A program made the translations under genes and the position numbers. Below are positions 12,580 through 26,018 of a DNA stretch of 64,000 bases, one piece after another. Every line of letters starts with the position of its first letter. The first letter of the stretch is position 1. The notes beneath the pieces are model-generated. The model worked only from the letters and a program-made list of their open reading frames with translations, was not told the origin of the DNA and made no database searches. The DNA is from Botryllus schlosseri (Eukaryota): positions 28,832,001 through 28,896,000 of the forward strand of contig CM119372.1 of the NCBI GenBank assembly GCA_051294905.1, read 5' to 3'.

Positions 12580-12840
12580 CCATCCAACCATACTAATTAA
12601 ATAGCTCACAGTGCATGGAAAAGAATTCGTGGCCAGCGGCTCTCGTAACGACACTCACTTACATGCATTCTCGCAAAGCCGCTGATTATAATAAATATAC
12701 CAAATACTTGGTTTGTTGATTTATTTTCTGCCTCGGAACGAACGTGGCCATATAACACGTTTTGAGTTGGCCTACACCTCGATTTGTTCTCGTGGACCTG
12801 CGATATAGCAATGGCGTCTGACCTTTACATCGTTATAGTG

Positions 12841-13704
12841 CAGGGGCTGGCAACTTCTCCAGTCGGCGGGCCGGATAAAGGAAAATTAGGTACTTGGTGA
12901 GCCGGATTGCTGAATCGACACATTATTCGCCCATTTATCCACATATACAAGGAATAAATCGTATTTAATAAATGTATTTTAACGACAGCAATGTCGCTTC
13001 AAAGCCATTTCTCCGATAATGGCGAGGACAGTGTGGATTTGAGAATAACATTATCATACAGGCGCCGCCATGTCTGCTTCACTCTGATCAATCAACACAC
13101 GGTGCAATCCCTAGTTAAGATTTCAAGTCGTTCGATGACCCCGGTAACCCTAATTTACCAAGATATCAATTCATTAGGGTTGAGTAGGTGCCGTGATAGC
13201 GTCGTTGTTCAACTGTGTGGCGTAAATAATCTCGAATATTGAATTCATACGGCCCGCGTTTTCTACAAAATTTGAAAACTGGCCTGCGACCCGTTTTGAG
13301 ATGGCGACCCCTGGAATATGCGGTGCCTTACAAAAGCCTAGAAGTGTGGCGTGCTACAAGTCGGCGGTTGCGGAATCGAAAATAAGAAATATATCAGTCT
13401 GGTGTAAATGACCATTGTAGTCGACAAAAATCATGATTACCACAGACGACATTAGGGTTGAGTGCATATCGCAAATGCCGATAATGCAAGTCTTCTCGCT
13501 TCGACGAACTTACGCGTATGCTCCACTCTCGCAGCGATGCGCACACACGTATATAGTAATATACAGTCACTTAAATTTGACGTAGTATGCAAGTAGTGGG
13601 GGATCTCGACAGACTGGGGCCGCGGGCCACATTATCATGTAAGACGGAAAACCATCCGCGGGCCGGACAAAATCCCTTCGCGGGCCGTATGTTGCCCACC
13701 CCTG
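12841..13704. mobile_element. hAT MITE, 864-bp form
   Basis: Same TIRs, TSD and site. Confidence 0.92.
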
Positions 13705-14276
13705 TTATAGTGTCTGTTTCTGGGTAAGATTTAACGATTAGCGGTTAGTAGGCCTTTTCCGTATAGTGCGAGTCTAATTTCTTTTTCACCTAGCTCTCCT
13801 GAACTGATCATATACACTTCATGTATTTCGATAAGCGCCTGGATTGTGGCGAGAATTGATGACAGTCGGCAGATCAGAAATTAATCTACAATAGGCTTTC
13901 CCTATATGCCTCGCTTTTGTAGCTGTGAAAACTTTGCATTGCTATGTCACGCTTCTGTAATCCTATACCGGCTCTTTATTAGCAAAGCGAATATCAGAGC
14001 ACCATGGAGTTGACCATAAAACGCAAGATAATGATTATCGCACTTTTAAGCAAGGAATGGACGGTGGAATTCGCAATTGGACGCCGCAGTCAGTCCAATA
14101 TCATCGATGACGTCCCAATCATACTTGGCGTTCGCGTCTAGTAGAAACTATTTCATTTTGCTTCGGCGATTCAAAGCGCACTTGGTGAATGCATTTATGC
14201 ATATGTGGAGAGCGTGCTCACCACAATATTTATTTTGTTGTATGAAATTGGGTGTCAATAAATTTCTGGAAAACTC

Positions 14277-14440
14277 ATACTTACCTGACGAGGCAGTGAA
14301 CCATGATCAAAAAGGCGGTTCTGCCCGGGCGAGGCCTAGCCATTGCACTTCGGCTTGGTTGACTTCGGCGATTACCCCAAATGTGGGTAACTCGGTCGTG
14401 TGATTTCTGGTAGTGGGGTCTGCGTTCGCGCTAACCCTTT
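14277..14440 (+). ncRNA. U1: U1 snRNA (Sm GATTTCTGG)
   Basis: ATACTTACCTG, GATCAAAAAG, ATTGCAC, SL IV. Confidence 0.94.
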
Positions 14441-15265
14441 CCATCCAACCATTCTGATTAAATAGCTCACAGTGCATGAAAAAGAATTCGTGGCCAGCGG
14501 CTCTCGTAACGACACTCACTTACATGCATTTTCGCAAAGCCGCTGATTATTATAAAAATACCAAATACTTGGTTTGTTGATTTATTTTCCCCCTCGGAAC
14601 GAACGTGGCCATATAACACGTTTTGAGTTGGCCTACACCTCGATTTGTTCTCGTAGACCTGCGATATAGCAATGGCGTCTGACCTTTACATCGTTATAGT
14701 GTCTGTTTCTGGGTAAGATTTCACAATTAGCGGTTAGTAGGCCTTTTCCGTATAGTGCGAGCCTAATTTCTTTTTCACCTAGCTCTCCTGAACTGATAAT
14801 ATACACTTCATGTATTTCGATAAGCGCCTGGATTGTAGCGAGAATTGATGACAGTCGGCAGATCAGAAATTAATCTACAATAGGCTTTCCCTATATGCCT
14901 CGCTTTTGTAGCTGTGAAAACTTTGCATTGCTATGTCACGCTTCTGTAATCCTATACCGGCTCTTTATTGGCAAAGCGAATATCAGAGCACCATGGAGAT
15001 GACCATAAACCGCAAGATAATAATTATCGCACTTTTAAGCAAGGAATGGACGGTGGAATTCGCAATTGGACGCCGCAGTCAGTCCAATATCATCGATGAC
15101 GTCCCAATCATATTTGGCGTTCGCGTCTAGTAGAAACTATTTCATTTTGCTTCGGCGATTCAAAGCGCACTTGGTGAATGCATTTATGCATATGTGGAGA
15201 GCGTGCTCACCACAATATTTATTTTGTTGTATGAAATTGGGTGTCAATAAATTTCTGGAAAACTC

Positions 15266-15429
15266 ATACTTACCTGACGAGGCAGTGAACCATGATCAAA
15301 AAGGCGGTTCTGCCCGGGCGAGGCCTAGCCATTGCACTTCGGCTTGGTTGACCTCGGCGATTACCCCAAATGTGGGTAACTCGGTCGTGTAATTTCTGGT
15401 AGTGGGGTCTGCGTTCGCGCTAACCCTTT
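15266..15429 (+). ncRNA. U1: U1 snRNA, array-consensus type (Sm AATTTCTGG)
   Basis: All U1 motifs intact. Confidence 0.97.
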
Positions 15430-16258
15430 CCATCCAACCAACCATACTAATTAAATAGCTCACAGTGCACGGAAAAGAATTTGTGGCCAGCGGCTCTCGT
15501 AACGACACTCACTTACATGCATTCTCGCAAAGCCGCTGATTATTATAAATATACCAAATACTTGGTTTGTTGATTTATTTTCCCCCTCGGAACGAACGTG
15601 GCCATATAACACGTTTTGAGTTGGCCTACACCTCGATTTGTTCTCGTAGACCTGCGATATAGCAATGGCGTCTGACCGTTACATCGGTATAGTGTCTGTT
15701 TCTGGTTAAGATTTCACGGTTAGCGGTTAGTAGGCCTTTTCCGTATAGTGCGAGCCTAATTTCTTTTTCACCTAGCTCTCCTGAACTGATCATATACACT
15801 TCATGTATTTCGATAAGCGCCTGGATTGTGGCGAGAATTGATGACAGTCGGCAGATCAGAAATTAATCTACAATAGGCTTTCCCTATATGCCTCGCTTTT
15901 GTAGCTGTGAAAACTTTGCATTGCTATGTCTCGCTTCTGTAATCCTATACCGGCTCTTTATTGGCAAAGCGAATATCAGAGCACCATGGAGATGACCATA
16001 AAACACAAGATAATGATTATCGCTCTTTTAAGCAAGGAATGGACGGTGGAATTCGCAATTGGACGCCGCAGTCAGTCCAATATCATCGATGACGTCCCAA
16101 TCATATTTGGCGTTCGCGTCTAGTAGAAACTATTTCATTTTGCTTCGGCGATTCAAAGCGCACTTGGTGAATGCATTTATGCATATGTGGAGAGCGTGCT
16201 CACCACAATATTTATTTTGTTGTATGAAATTGGGTGTCAATAAATTTCTGGAAAACTC

Positions 16259-16421
16259 ATACTTACGTGACGAGGCAGTGAACCATGATCAAAAGGCGGT
16301 TCTGCCCGGGCGAGGCCTAGCCATTGCACTTCGGCTTGGTTGACCTCGGCGATTACCCCAAATGTGGGTAACTCGGTCGTGTAAGTTCTGGTAGTGGGGT
16401 CTGCGTTCGCGCTAACCCAAG
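16259..16421 (+). ncRNA. U1: U1 snRNA variant (C9G, 9-nt loop I, Sm AAGTTCTGG, altered 3' end)
   Basis: ATACTTACGTG start; ends TAACCCAAG. Confidence 0.92.
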
Positions 16422-16682
16422 CCATCCAACCATACTAATTAAATAGCTCACAGTGCATGGAAAAGGATTCGTGGCCAGCGGCTCTCGTAACGACACTCAC
16501 TTACATGCATTCTCGCAAAGCCGCTGATTATAATAAATATACCAAATACTTGGTTTGTTGATTTATGTTCTGCCTCGGAACGAACGTGGCCATATAACAC
16601 GTTTTGAGTTGGCCTACACCTCGATTTGTTCTCGTGGACCTGCGATATAGCAATGGCGTCTGACCTTTACATCGTTATAGTG

Positions 16683-17564
16683 CAGGGGCTGGCAACTTCT
16701 CCAGTCGGCGGGCCAGATAGAGGAAAATTAGGTACTTGGCGGGCCGGATTGCTGAATCGACACATTATTCGCCCATTTATCCACATATACAAGGAATAAA
16801 TCGTATTTAATAAATGTATTTTAACGACAGCAATGTCGCTTCAAAGCCATTTCTCCGATAATGGCGAGGACAGTGTGGATTTGAGAATAACATTATCATA
16901 CAGGCGCCGCCATGTCTGCTTCACTCTGATCAATCAACACACGGTGCAATCCCTAGTTAAGATTTCAAGTCGTTCGATGACCCCGGTAACCCTAATTTAA
17001 CAAGATATCAATTCATTAGGGTTGAGTAGGTGCCGTGATAGCGTCGTTGTTCAACTGTGTGGCGTAAATAATCTCGAATATTGAATTCATACGGCCCGCG
17101 TTTTCTACAAAATTTGAAAACTGGCCTGCGACCCGTTTTGAGATGGCGACCCCTGGAATATGCGGTGCCTTACAAAAGCCTAGAAGTGTGGCGTGCTATA
17201 AGTCGGCGGTTGCGGAATCGAAAATAAGAAATATATCAGTCTGGTGTAAATGACCATTGTAGTCGACAAAAATCATGATTACCACAGACGACATTAGGGT
17301 TGAGTGCATATCGCAAATGCCGATAATGCAAGTCTTCTCGCTTCGACGAACTTACGCGTATGCTCCACTCTCGCAACGATGCGCACACACGTATATAGTA
17401 ATATACAGTCACTTAAATTTGACGTAGTATGCAAGTAGTGGGGGATCTCGACAGACTGGGGCCGCGGGCCACATTATCATGTAAGACGGAAAACCGTCCG
17501 CGGGCCGGACAAAATCCCTTCGCGGGCCGGATCCGGCCCGCGGGCCGTATGTTGCCCACCCCTG
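16683..17564. mobile_element. hAT MITE, 882-bp form
   Basis: Same TIRs, TSD and site. Confidence 0.92.
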
Positions 17565-18136
17565 TTATAGTGTCTGTTTCTGGGTAAGATTTAACGATTA
17601 GCGGTTAGTAGGCCTTTTCCGTATAGTGCGAGCCTAATTTCTTTTTCACCTAGCTCTCCTGAACTGATCATATACACTTCATGTATTTCGATAAGCGCCT
17701 GGATTGTGGCGAGAATTGATGACAGTCGGCAGATCAGAAATTAATCTACAATAGGCTTTCCCTATATGCCTCGCTTTTGTAGCTGTGAAAACTTTGCATT
17801 GCTATGTCACGCTTCTGTAATCCTATACCGGCTCTTTATTAGCAAAGCGAATATCAGAGCACCATGGAGTTGACCATAAAACGCAAGATAATGATTATCG
17901 CACTTTTAAGCAAGGAATGGACGGTGGAATTCGCAATTGGACGCCGCAGTCAGTCCAATATCATCGATGACGTCCCAATCATACTTGGCGTTCGCGTCTA
18001 GTAGAAACTATTTCATTTTGCTTCGGCGATTCAAAGCGCACTTGGTGAATGCATTTATGCATATGTGGAGAGCGTGCTCACCACAATATTTATTTTGTTG
18101 TATGAAATTGGGTGTCAATAAATTTCTGGAAAACTC

Positions 18137-18300
18137 ATACTTACCTGACGAGGCAGTGAACCATGATCAAAAAGGCGGTTCTGCCCGGGCGAGGCCTAGC
18201 CATTGCACTTCGGCTTGGTTGACTTCAGCGATTACCCCAAATGTGGGTAACTCGGTCGTGTGATTTCTGGTAGTGGGGTCTGCGTTCGCGCTAACCCTTT
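18137..18300 (+). ncRNA. U1: U1 snRNA (Sm GATTTCTGG; GACTTCAGCG)
   Basis: ATACTTACCTG, ATTGCAC, SL IV. Confidence 0.93.
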
Positions 18301-18561
18301 CCATCCAACCATTCTGATTAAATAGCTCACAGTGCATGGAAAAGAATTCGTGGCCAGCGGCTCTCGTAACGACACTCACTTACATGCATTCTCGCAAAGC
18401 CGCTGATTATAATAAATATACCAAATACTTGGTTTGTTGATTTATTTTCCCCCTCGGAACGAACGTGGCCATATAACACGTTTTGAGTTGGCCTACACCT
18501 CGATTTGTTCTCGTGGACCTGCGATATAGCAATGGCGTCTGACCTTTACATCGTTATAGTG

Positions 18562-19425
18562 CAGGGGCTGGCAACTTCTCCAGTCGGCGGGCCGGATAGA
18601 GGAAAATTAGGTACTTGGCGGGCCGGATTGCTGAATCGACACATTATTCGCCCATTTATCCACATATACAAGGAATAAATCGTATTTAATAAATGTACTT
18701 TAACGACAGCAATGTCGCTTCAAAGCCATTTCTCCGATAATGGCGAGGACAGTGTGGATTTGAGAATAACATTATCATACAGGCGCCGCCATGTCTGCTT
18801 CACTCTGATCAATCAACACACGGTGCAATCCCTAGTTAAGATTTCAAGTCGTTCGATGACCCCGGTAACCCTAATTTACCAAGATATCAATTCATTAGGG
18901 TTGAGTAAGTGCCGTGATAGCGTCGTTGTTCAACTGTGCGGCGTAAATAATCTCGAATATTGAATTCATACGGCCAGCGTTTTCTACAAAATTTGAAAAC
19001 TGGCCTGCGACCCGTTTTGAGATGGCGACCCCTGGAATATGCGGTGCCTTACAAAAGCCTAGAAGTGTGGCGTGCTACAAGTCGGCGGTTGCGGAATCGA
19101 AAATAAGAAATATATCAGTCTGGTGTAAATGACCATTGTAGTCGACAAAAATCATGATTACCACAGACGACATTAGGGTTGAGTGCATATCGCAGATGCC
19201 GATAATGCAAGTCTTCTCGCTTCGACGAACTTACGCGTATGCTCCACTCTCGCAACAATGCGCACACACGTATATAGTAATATACAGTCACTTAAATTTG
19301 ACGTAGTATGCAAGTAGTGGGGGATCTCGACAGACTGGGGCCGCGGGCCACATTATCATGTAAGACGGAAAACCATCCGCGGGCCGGACAAAATCCCTTC
19401 GCGGGCCGTATGTTGCCCACCCCTG
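18562..19425. mobile_element. hAT MITE, 864-bp form
   Basis: Same TIRs, TSD and site. Confidence 0.92.
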
Positions 19426-19997
19426 TTATAGTGTCTGTTTCTGGGTAAGATTTACCGATTAGCGGTTAGTAGGCCTTTTCCGTATAGTGCGAGCCTAATT
19501 TCTTTTTCACCTAGCTCTCCTGAACTGATCATATACACTTCATGTATTTCGATAAGCGCCTGGATTGTGGCGAGAATTGATGACAGTCAGAAGATTAGAA
19601 ATTAATCTACAATAGGCTTTCCCTATATGCCTCGCTTTTGTAGCTGTGAAAACTTTGCATTGCTATGTCACGCTTCTGTAATCCTATACCGGCTCTTTAT
19701 TGGCAAAGCGAATATCAGAGCACCATGGAGATGACCATAAACCGCAAGATAATGATTATCGCACTTTTAAGCAAGGAATGGACGGTGGAATTCGCAATTG
19801 GACGCCGCAGTCAGTCCAATATCATCGATGACGTCCCAATCATATTTGGCGTTCGCGTCTAGTAGAAACTATTTCATTTTGCTTCGGCGATTCAAAGCGC
19901 ACTTGGTGAATGCATTTATGCATATGTGGAGAGCGTGCTCACCACAATATTTACTTTGTTGTATGAAATTGGGTGTCAATAAATTTCTGGAAAACTC

Positions 19998-20160
19998 ATA
20001 CTTACCTGACGAGGCAGTGAACCATGATCAAAAGGCGGTTCTGCCCGGGCGAGGCCTAGCCATTGCACTTCGGCTTGGTTGACCTCGGCGATTACCCCAA
20101 ATGTGGGTAACTCGGTCGTGTAAGTTCTGGTAGTGGGGTCTGCGTTCGCGCTAACCCATT
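19998..20160 (+). ncRNA. U1: U1 snRNA variant (9-nt loop I, Sm AAGTTCTGG)
   Basis: ATACTTACCTG, ATTGCAC, SL IV. Confidence 0.93.
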
Positions 20161-20421
20161 CCATCCAACCATACTAATTAAATAGCTCACAGTGCATGGA
20201 AAAGAATTCGTGGCCAGCGGCTCTCGTAACGACACTCACTTACATGCATTCTCGCAAAGCCGCTGATTATAATAAATATACCAAATACTTGGTTTGTTGA
20301 TTTATTTTCTGCCTCGGAACGAACGTGGCCATATAACACGTTTTGAGTTGGCCTACACCTCGATTTGTTCTCGTGGACCTGCGATATAGCAATGGCGTCT
20401 GACCTTTACATCGTTATAGTG

Positions 20422-21285
20422 CAGGGGCTGGCAACTTCTCCAGTCGGCGGGCCGGATAGAGGAAAATTAGGTACTTGGTGAGCCGGATTGCTGAATCGAC
20501 ACATTATTCGCCCATTTATCCACATATACAAGGAATAAATCGTATTTCATAAATGTATTTTAACGACAGCAATGTCGCTTCAAAGCCATTTCTCCGATAA
20601 TGGCGAGGACAGTGTGGATTTGAGAATAACATTATCATACAGGCGCCGCCATGTCTGCTTCACTCTGATCAATCAACACACGGTGCAATCCCTAGTTAAG
20701 ATTTCAAGTCGTTCGATGACCCCGGTAACCCTAATTTACCAAGATATCAATTCATTAGGGTTGAGTAGGTGCCGTGATAGCGTCGTTGTTCAACTGTGTG
20801 GCGTAAATAATCTCGAATATTGAATTCATACGGCCCGCGTTTTCTACAAAATTTGAAAACTGGCCTGCGACCCGTTTTGAGATGGCGACCCCTGGAATAT
20901 GCGGTGCCTTACAAAAGCCTAGAAGTGTGGCGTGCTACAAGTCGGCGGTTGCGGAATCGAAAATAAGAAATATATCAGTCTGTTGTAAATGACCATTGTA
21001 GTCGACAAAAATCATGATTACCACAGACGACATTAGGGTTGAGTGCATATCGCAAATGCCGATAATGCAAGTCTTCTCGCTTCGACGAACTTACGCGTAT
21101 GCTCCACTCTCGCAACGATGCGCACACACGTATATAGTAATATACAGTCACTTAAATTTGACGTAGTATGCAAGTAGTGGGGGATCTCGACAGACTGGGG
21201 CCGCGGGCCACATTATCATGTAAGACGGAAAACCATCCGCGGGCCGGACAAAATCCCTTCGCGGGCCGTATGTTGCCCACCCCTG
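20422..21285. mobile_element. hAT MITE, 864-bp form
   Basis: Same TIRs, TSD and site. Confidence 0.92.
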
Positions 21286-21857
21286 TTATAGTGTCTGTTT
21301 CTGGGTAAGATTTAACGATTAGCGGTTAGTAGGCCTTTTCCGTATAGTGCGAGCCTAATTTCTTTTTCACCTAGCTCTCCTGAACTGATCATATACACTT
21401 CATGTATTTCGATAAGCGCCTGGATTGTGGCGAGAATTGATGACAGTCGGCAGATCAGAAATTAATCTACAATAGGCTTTCCCTATATGCCTCGCTTTTG
21501 TAGCTGTGAAAACTTTGCATTGCTATGTCACGCTTCTGTAATCCTATACCGGCTCTTTATTAGCAAAGCGAATATCAGAGCACCATGGAGTTGACCATAA
21601 AACGCAAGATAATGATTATCGCACTTTTAAGCAAGGAATGGACGGTGGAATTCGCAATTGGACGCCGCAGTCAGTCCAATATCATCGATGACGTCCCAAT
21701 CATACTTGGCGTTCGCGTCTAGTAGAAACTATTTCATTTTGCTTCGGCGATTCAAAGCGCACTTGGTGAATGCATTTATGCATATGTGGAGAGCGTGCTC
21801 ACCACAATATTTATTTTGTTGTATGAAATTGGGTGTCAATAAATTTCTGGAAAACTC

Positions 21858-22036
21858 ATACTTACCTGACGAGGCAGTGAACCATAATCAAAAAGGCGGT
21901 TCTGCCCGGGCGAGGCCTAGCCATTGCACTTCGGCTTGGTTGACTTCGGCTTGGTTGACCTCGGCGATTACCCCAAATGTGGGTAACTCGGTCGTGTGAT
22001 TTCTGGTAGTGGGGTCTGCGTTCGCGCTAACCCTTT
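21858..22036 (+). ncRNA. U1: U1 snRNA variant or pseudogene with 15-bp internal tandem duplication and loop I G>A
   Basis: ACTTCGGCTTGGTTG twice (21928-21957); loop I AATCAAAAAG; Sm GATTTCTGG. Confidence 0.88.
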
Positions 22037-22865
22037 CCATCCAACCAACCATACTAATTAAATAGCTCACAGTGCACGGAAAAGAATTTGTGGCCAGCGG
22101 CTCTCGTAACGACACTCACTTACATGCATTCTCGCAAAGCCGCTGATTATTATAAATATACCAAATACTTGGTTTGTTGATTTATTTTCCCCCTCGGAAC
22201 GAACGTGGCCATATAACACGTTTTGAGTTGGCCTACACCTCGATTTGTTCTCGTAGACCTGCGATATAGCAATGGCGTCTGACCTTTACATCGTTATAGT
22301 GTCTGTTTCTGGGTAAGATTTCACGATTAGCGGTTAGTAGGCCTTTTCCGTATAGTGCGAGCCTAATTTCTTTTTCACCTAGCTCTCCTGAACTGATAAT
22401 ATACACTTCATGTATTTCGATAAGCGCCTGGATTGTAGCGAGAATTGATGACAGTCGGCAGATCAGAAATTAATCTACAATAGGCTTTCCCTATATGCCT
22501 CGCTTTTGTAGCTGTGAAAACTTTGCATTGCTATGTCACGCTTCTGTAATCCTATACCGGCTCTTTATTGGCAAAGCGAATATCAGAGCACCATGGAGAT
22601 GACCATAAACCGCAAGATAATAATTATCGCACTTTTAAGCAAGGAATGGACGGTGGAATTCGCAATTGGACGCCGCAGTCAGTCCAATATCATCGATGAC
22701 GTCCCAATCATATTTGGCGTTCGCGTCTAGTAGAAACTATTTCATTTTGCTTCGGCGATTCAAAGCGCACTTGGTGAATGCATTTATGCATATGTGGAGA
22801 GCGTGCTCACCACAATATTTACTTTGTTGTATGAAATTGGGTGTCAATAAATTTCTGGAAAACTC

Positions 22866-23028
22866 ATACTTACCTGACGAGGCAGTGAACCATGATCAAA
22901 AGGCGGTTCTGCCCGGGCGAGGCCTAGCCATTGCACTTCGGCTTGGTTGACCTCGGCGATTACCCCAAATGTGGGTAACTCGGTCGTGTAAGTTCTGGTA
23001 GTGGGGTCTGCGTTCGCGCTAACCCATT
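22866..23028 (+). ncRNA. U1: U1 snRNA variant (9-nt loop I, Sm AAGTTCTGG)
   Basis: ATACTTACCTG, ATTGCAC, SL IV. Confidence 0.93.
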
Positions 23029-23289
23029 CCATCCAACCATACTAATTAAATAGCTCACAGTGCATGGAAAAGAATTCGTGGCCAGCGGCTCTCGTAACGA
23101 CACTCACTTACATGCATTCTCGCAAAGCCGCTGATTATAATAAATATACCAAATACTTGGTTTGTTGATTTATTTTCCCCCTCGGAACGAACGTGGCCAT
23201 ATAACACGTTTTGAGTTGGCCTACACCTCGATTTGTTCTCGTGGACCTGCGATATAGCAATGGCGTCTGACCTTTACATCGTTATAGTG

Positions 23290-24153
23290 CAGGGGCTGGC
23301 AACTTCTCCAGTCGGCGGGCCGGATAGAGGAAAATTAGGTACTTGGCGGGCCGGATTGCTGAATCGACACATTATTCGCCCATTTATCCACATATACAAG
23401 GAATAAATCGTATTTAATAAATGTATTTTAACGACAGCAATGTTGCTTCAAAGCCATTTCTCCGATAATGGCGAGGACAGTGTGGATTTGAGAATAACAT
23501 TATCATACAGGCGCCGCCATGTCTGCTTCACTCTGATCAATCAACACACGGTGCAATCCCTAGTTAAGATTTCAAGTCGTTCGATGACCCCGGTAACCCT
23601 AATTTACCAAGATATCAATTCATTAGGGTTGAGTAGGTGCCGTGATAGCGTCGTTGTTCAACTGTGTGGCGTAAATAATCTCGAATATTGAATTCATACG
23701 GCCCGCGTTTTCTACAAAATTTGAAAACTGGCCTGCGACCCGTTTTGAGATGGCGACCGCTGGAATATGCGGTGCCTTACAAAAGCCTAGAAGTGTGGCG
23801 TGCTACAAGTCGGCGGTTGCGGAATCGAAAATAAGAAATATATCAGTCTGGTGTAAATGACCATTGTAGTCGACAAAAATCATGATTACCACAGACGACA
23901 TTAGGGTTGAGTGCATATCGCAAATGCCGATAATGCAAGTCTTCTCGCTTCGACGAACTTACGCGTATGCTCCACTCTCGCAACGATGCGCACACACGTA
24001 TATAATAATATACAGTCACTTAAATTTGACGTAGTATGCAAGTAGTGGGGGATCTCGACAGACTGGGGCCGCGGGCCACATTATCATGTAAGACGGAAAA
24101 CCGTCCGCGGGCCGGACAAAATCCCTTCGCGGGCCGTATGTTGCCCACCCCTG
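23290..24153. mobile_element. hAT MITE, 864-bp form
   Basis: Same TIRs, TSD and site. Confidence 0.92.
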
Positions 24154-24725
24154 TTATAGTGTCTGTTTCTGGGTAAGATTTAACGATTAGCGGTTAGTAG
24201 GCCTTTTCCGTATAGTGCGAGCCTAATTTCTTTTTCACCTAGCTCTCCTGAACTGATCATATACACTTCATGTATTTCGATAAGCGCCTGGATTGTGGCG
24301 AGAATTGATGACAGTCGGCAGATCAGAAATTAATCTACAATAGGCTTTCCCTATATGCCTCGCTTTTGTAGCTGTGAAAACTTTGCATTGCTATGTCACG
24401 CTTCTGTAATCCTATACCGGCTCTTTATTGGCAAAGCGAATATCAGAGCACCATGGAGATGACCATAAACCGCAAGATAATGATTATCGCACTTTTAAGC
24501 AAGGAATGGACGGTGGAATTCGCAATTGGACGCCGCAGTCAGTCCAATATCATCGATGACGTCCCAATCATATTTGGCGTTCGCGTCTAGTAGAAACTAT
24601 TTCATTTTGCTTCGGCGATTCAAAGCGCACTTGGTGAATGCATTTATGCATATGTGGAGAGCGTGCTCACCACAATATTTATTTCGTTGTATGAAATCGG
24701 GTGTCAATAAATTTCTGGAAAACTC

Positions 24726-24889
24726 ATACTTACCTGACGAGGCAGTGAACCATGATCAAAAAGGCGGTTCTGCCCGGGCGAGGCCTAGCCATTGCACTTC
24801 GGCTTGGTTGACCTCGGCGATTACCCCAAATGTGGGTAACTCGGTCGTGTAATTTCTGGTAGTTGGGTCTGCGTTCGCGCTAACCCTTT
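24726..24889 (+). ncRNA. U1: U1 snRNA (Sm AATTTCTGG; SL IV variant GTTGGGTCT)
   Basis: U1 motifs intact, one substitution at base of SL IV. Confidence 0.95.
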
Positions 24890-25154
24890 CCATCAAACCA
24901 ACCATATTAATTAAATAGCTCACAGTGCACGGAAAAGAATTCGTGGCCAGCGGCTCTCGTAACGACACTCACTTACATGCATTCTCGCAAAGCCGCTGAT
25001 TATTATAAATTTACCAAATACTTGGTTTGTTGATTTATTTTCCCCCTCGGAACGAACGTGGCCATATAACACGTTTTGAGTTGGCCTACACCTCGATTTG
25101 TTCTCGTAGACCTGCGATATAGCAATGGCGTCTGACCTTTACATCGTTATAGTG

Positions 25155-26018
25155 CAGGGGCTGGCAACTTCTCCAGTCGGCGGGCCGGATAGAGGAAAAT
25201 TAGGTACTTGGCGGGCCGGATTGCTGAATCGACACATTATTCGCCCATTTATCCACATATACAAGGAATAAATCGTATTTAATAAATGTATTTTAACGAC
25301 AGCAATGTTGCTTCAAAGCCATTTCTCCGATAATGGCGAGGACAGTGTGGATTTGAGAATAACATTATCATACAGGCGCCGCCATGTCTGCTTCACTCTG
25401 ATCAATCAACACACGGTGCAATCCCTAGTTAAGATTTCAAGTCGTTCGATGACCCCGGTAACCCTAATTTACCAAGATATCAATTCATTAGGGTTGAGTA
25501 GGTGCCGTGATAGCGTCGTTGTTCAACTGTGTGGCGTAAATAATCTCGAATATTGAATTCATACGGCCCGCGTTTTCTACAAAATTTGAAAACTGGCCTG
25601 CGACCCGTTTTGAGATGGCGACCGCTGGAATATGCGGTGCCTTACAAAAGCCTAGAAGTGTGGCGTGCTACAAGTCGGCGGTTGCGGAATCGAAAATAAG
25701 AAATATATCAGTCTGGTGTAAATGACCATTGTAGTCGACAAAAATCATGATTACCACAGACGACATTAGGGTTGAGTGCATATCGCAAATGCCGATAATG
25801 CAAGTCTTCTCGCTTCGACGAACTTACGCGTATGCTCCACTCTCGCAACGATGCGCACACACGTATATAATAATATACAGTCACTTAAATTTGACGTAGT
25901 ATGCAAGTAGTGGGGGATCTCGACAGACTGGGGCCGCGGGCCACATTATCATGTAAGACGGAAAACCGTCCGCGGGCCGGACAAAATCCCTTCGCGGGCC
26001 GTATGTTGCCCACCCCTG
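25155..26018. mobile_element. hAT MITE, 864-bp form
   Basis: Same TIRs, TSD and site. Confidence 0.92.

Larger units (their letters stand above)
1..13733 (+). repeat. 4710-bp higher-order repeat (three U1 units: 993+1878+1839 bp), about 2.9 copies
   Basis: U1 starts 126/1119/2997, 4836/5829/7707, 9546/10539/12417 are offset by exactly 4710 and diagnostic variants recur in register. Confidence 0.95.
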
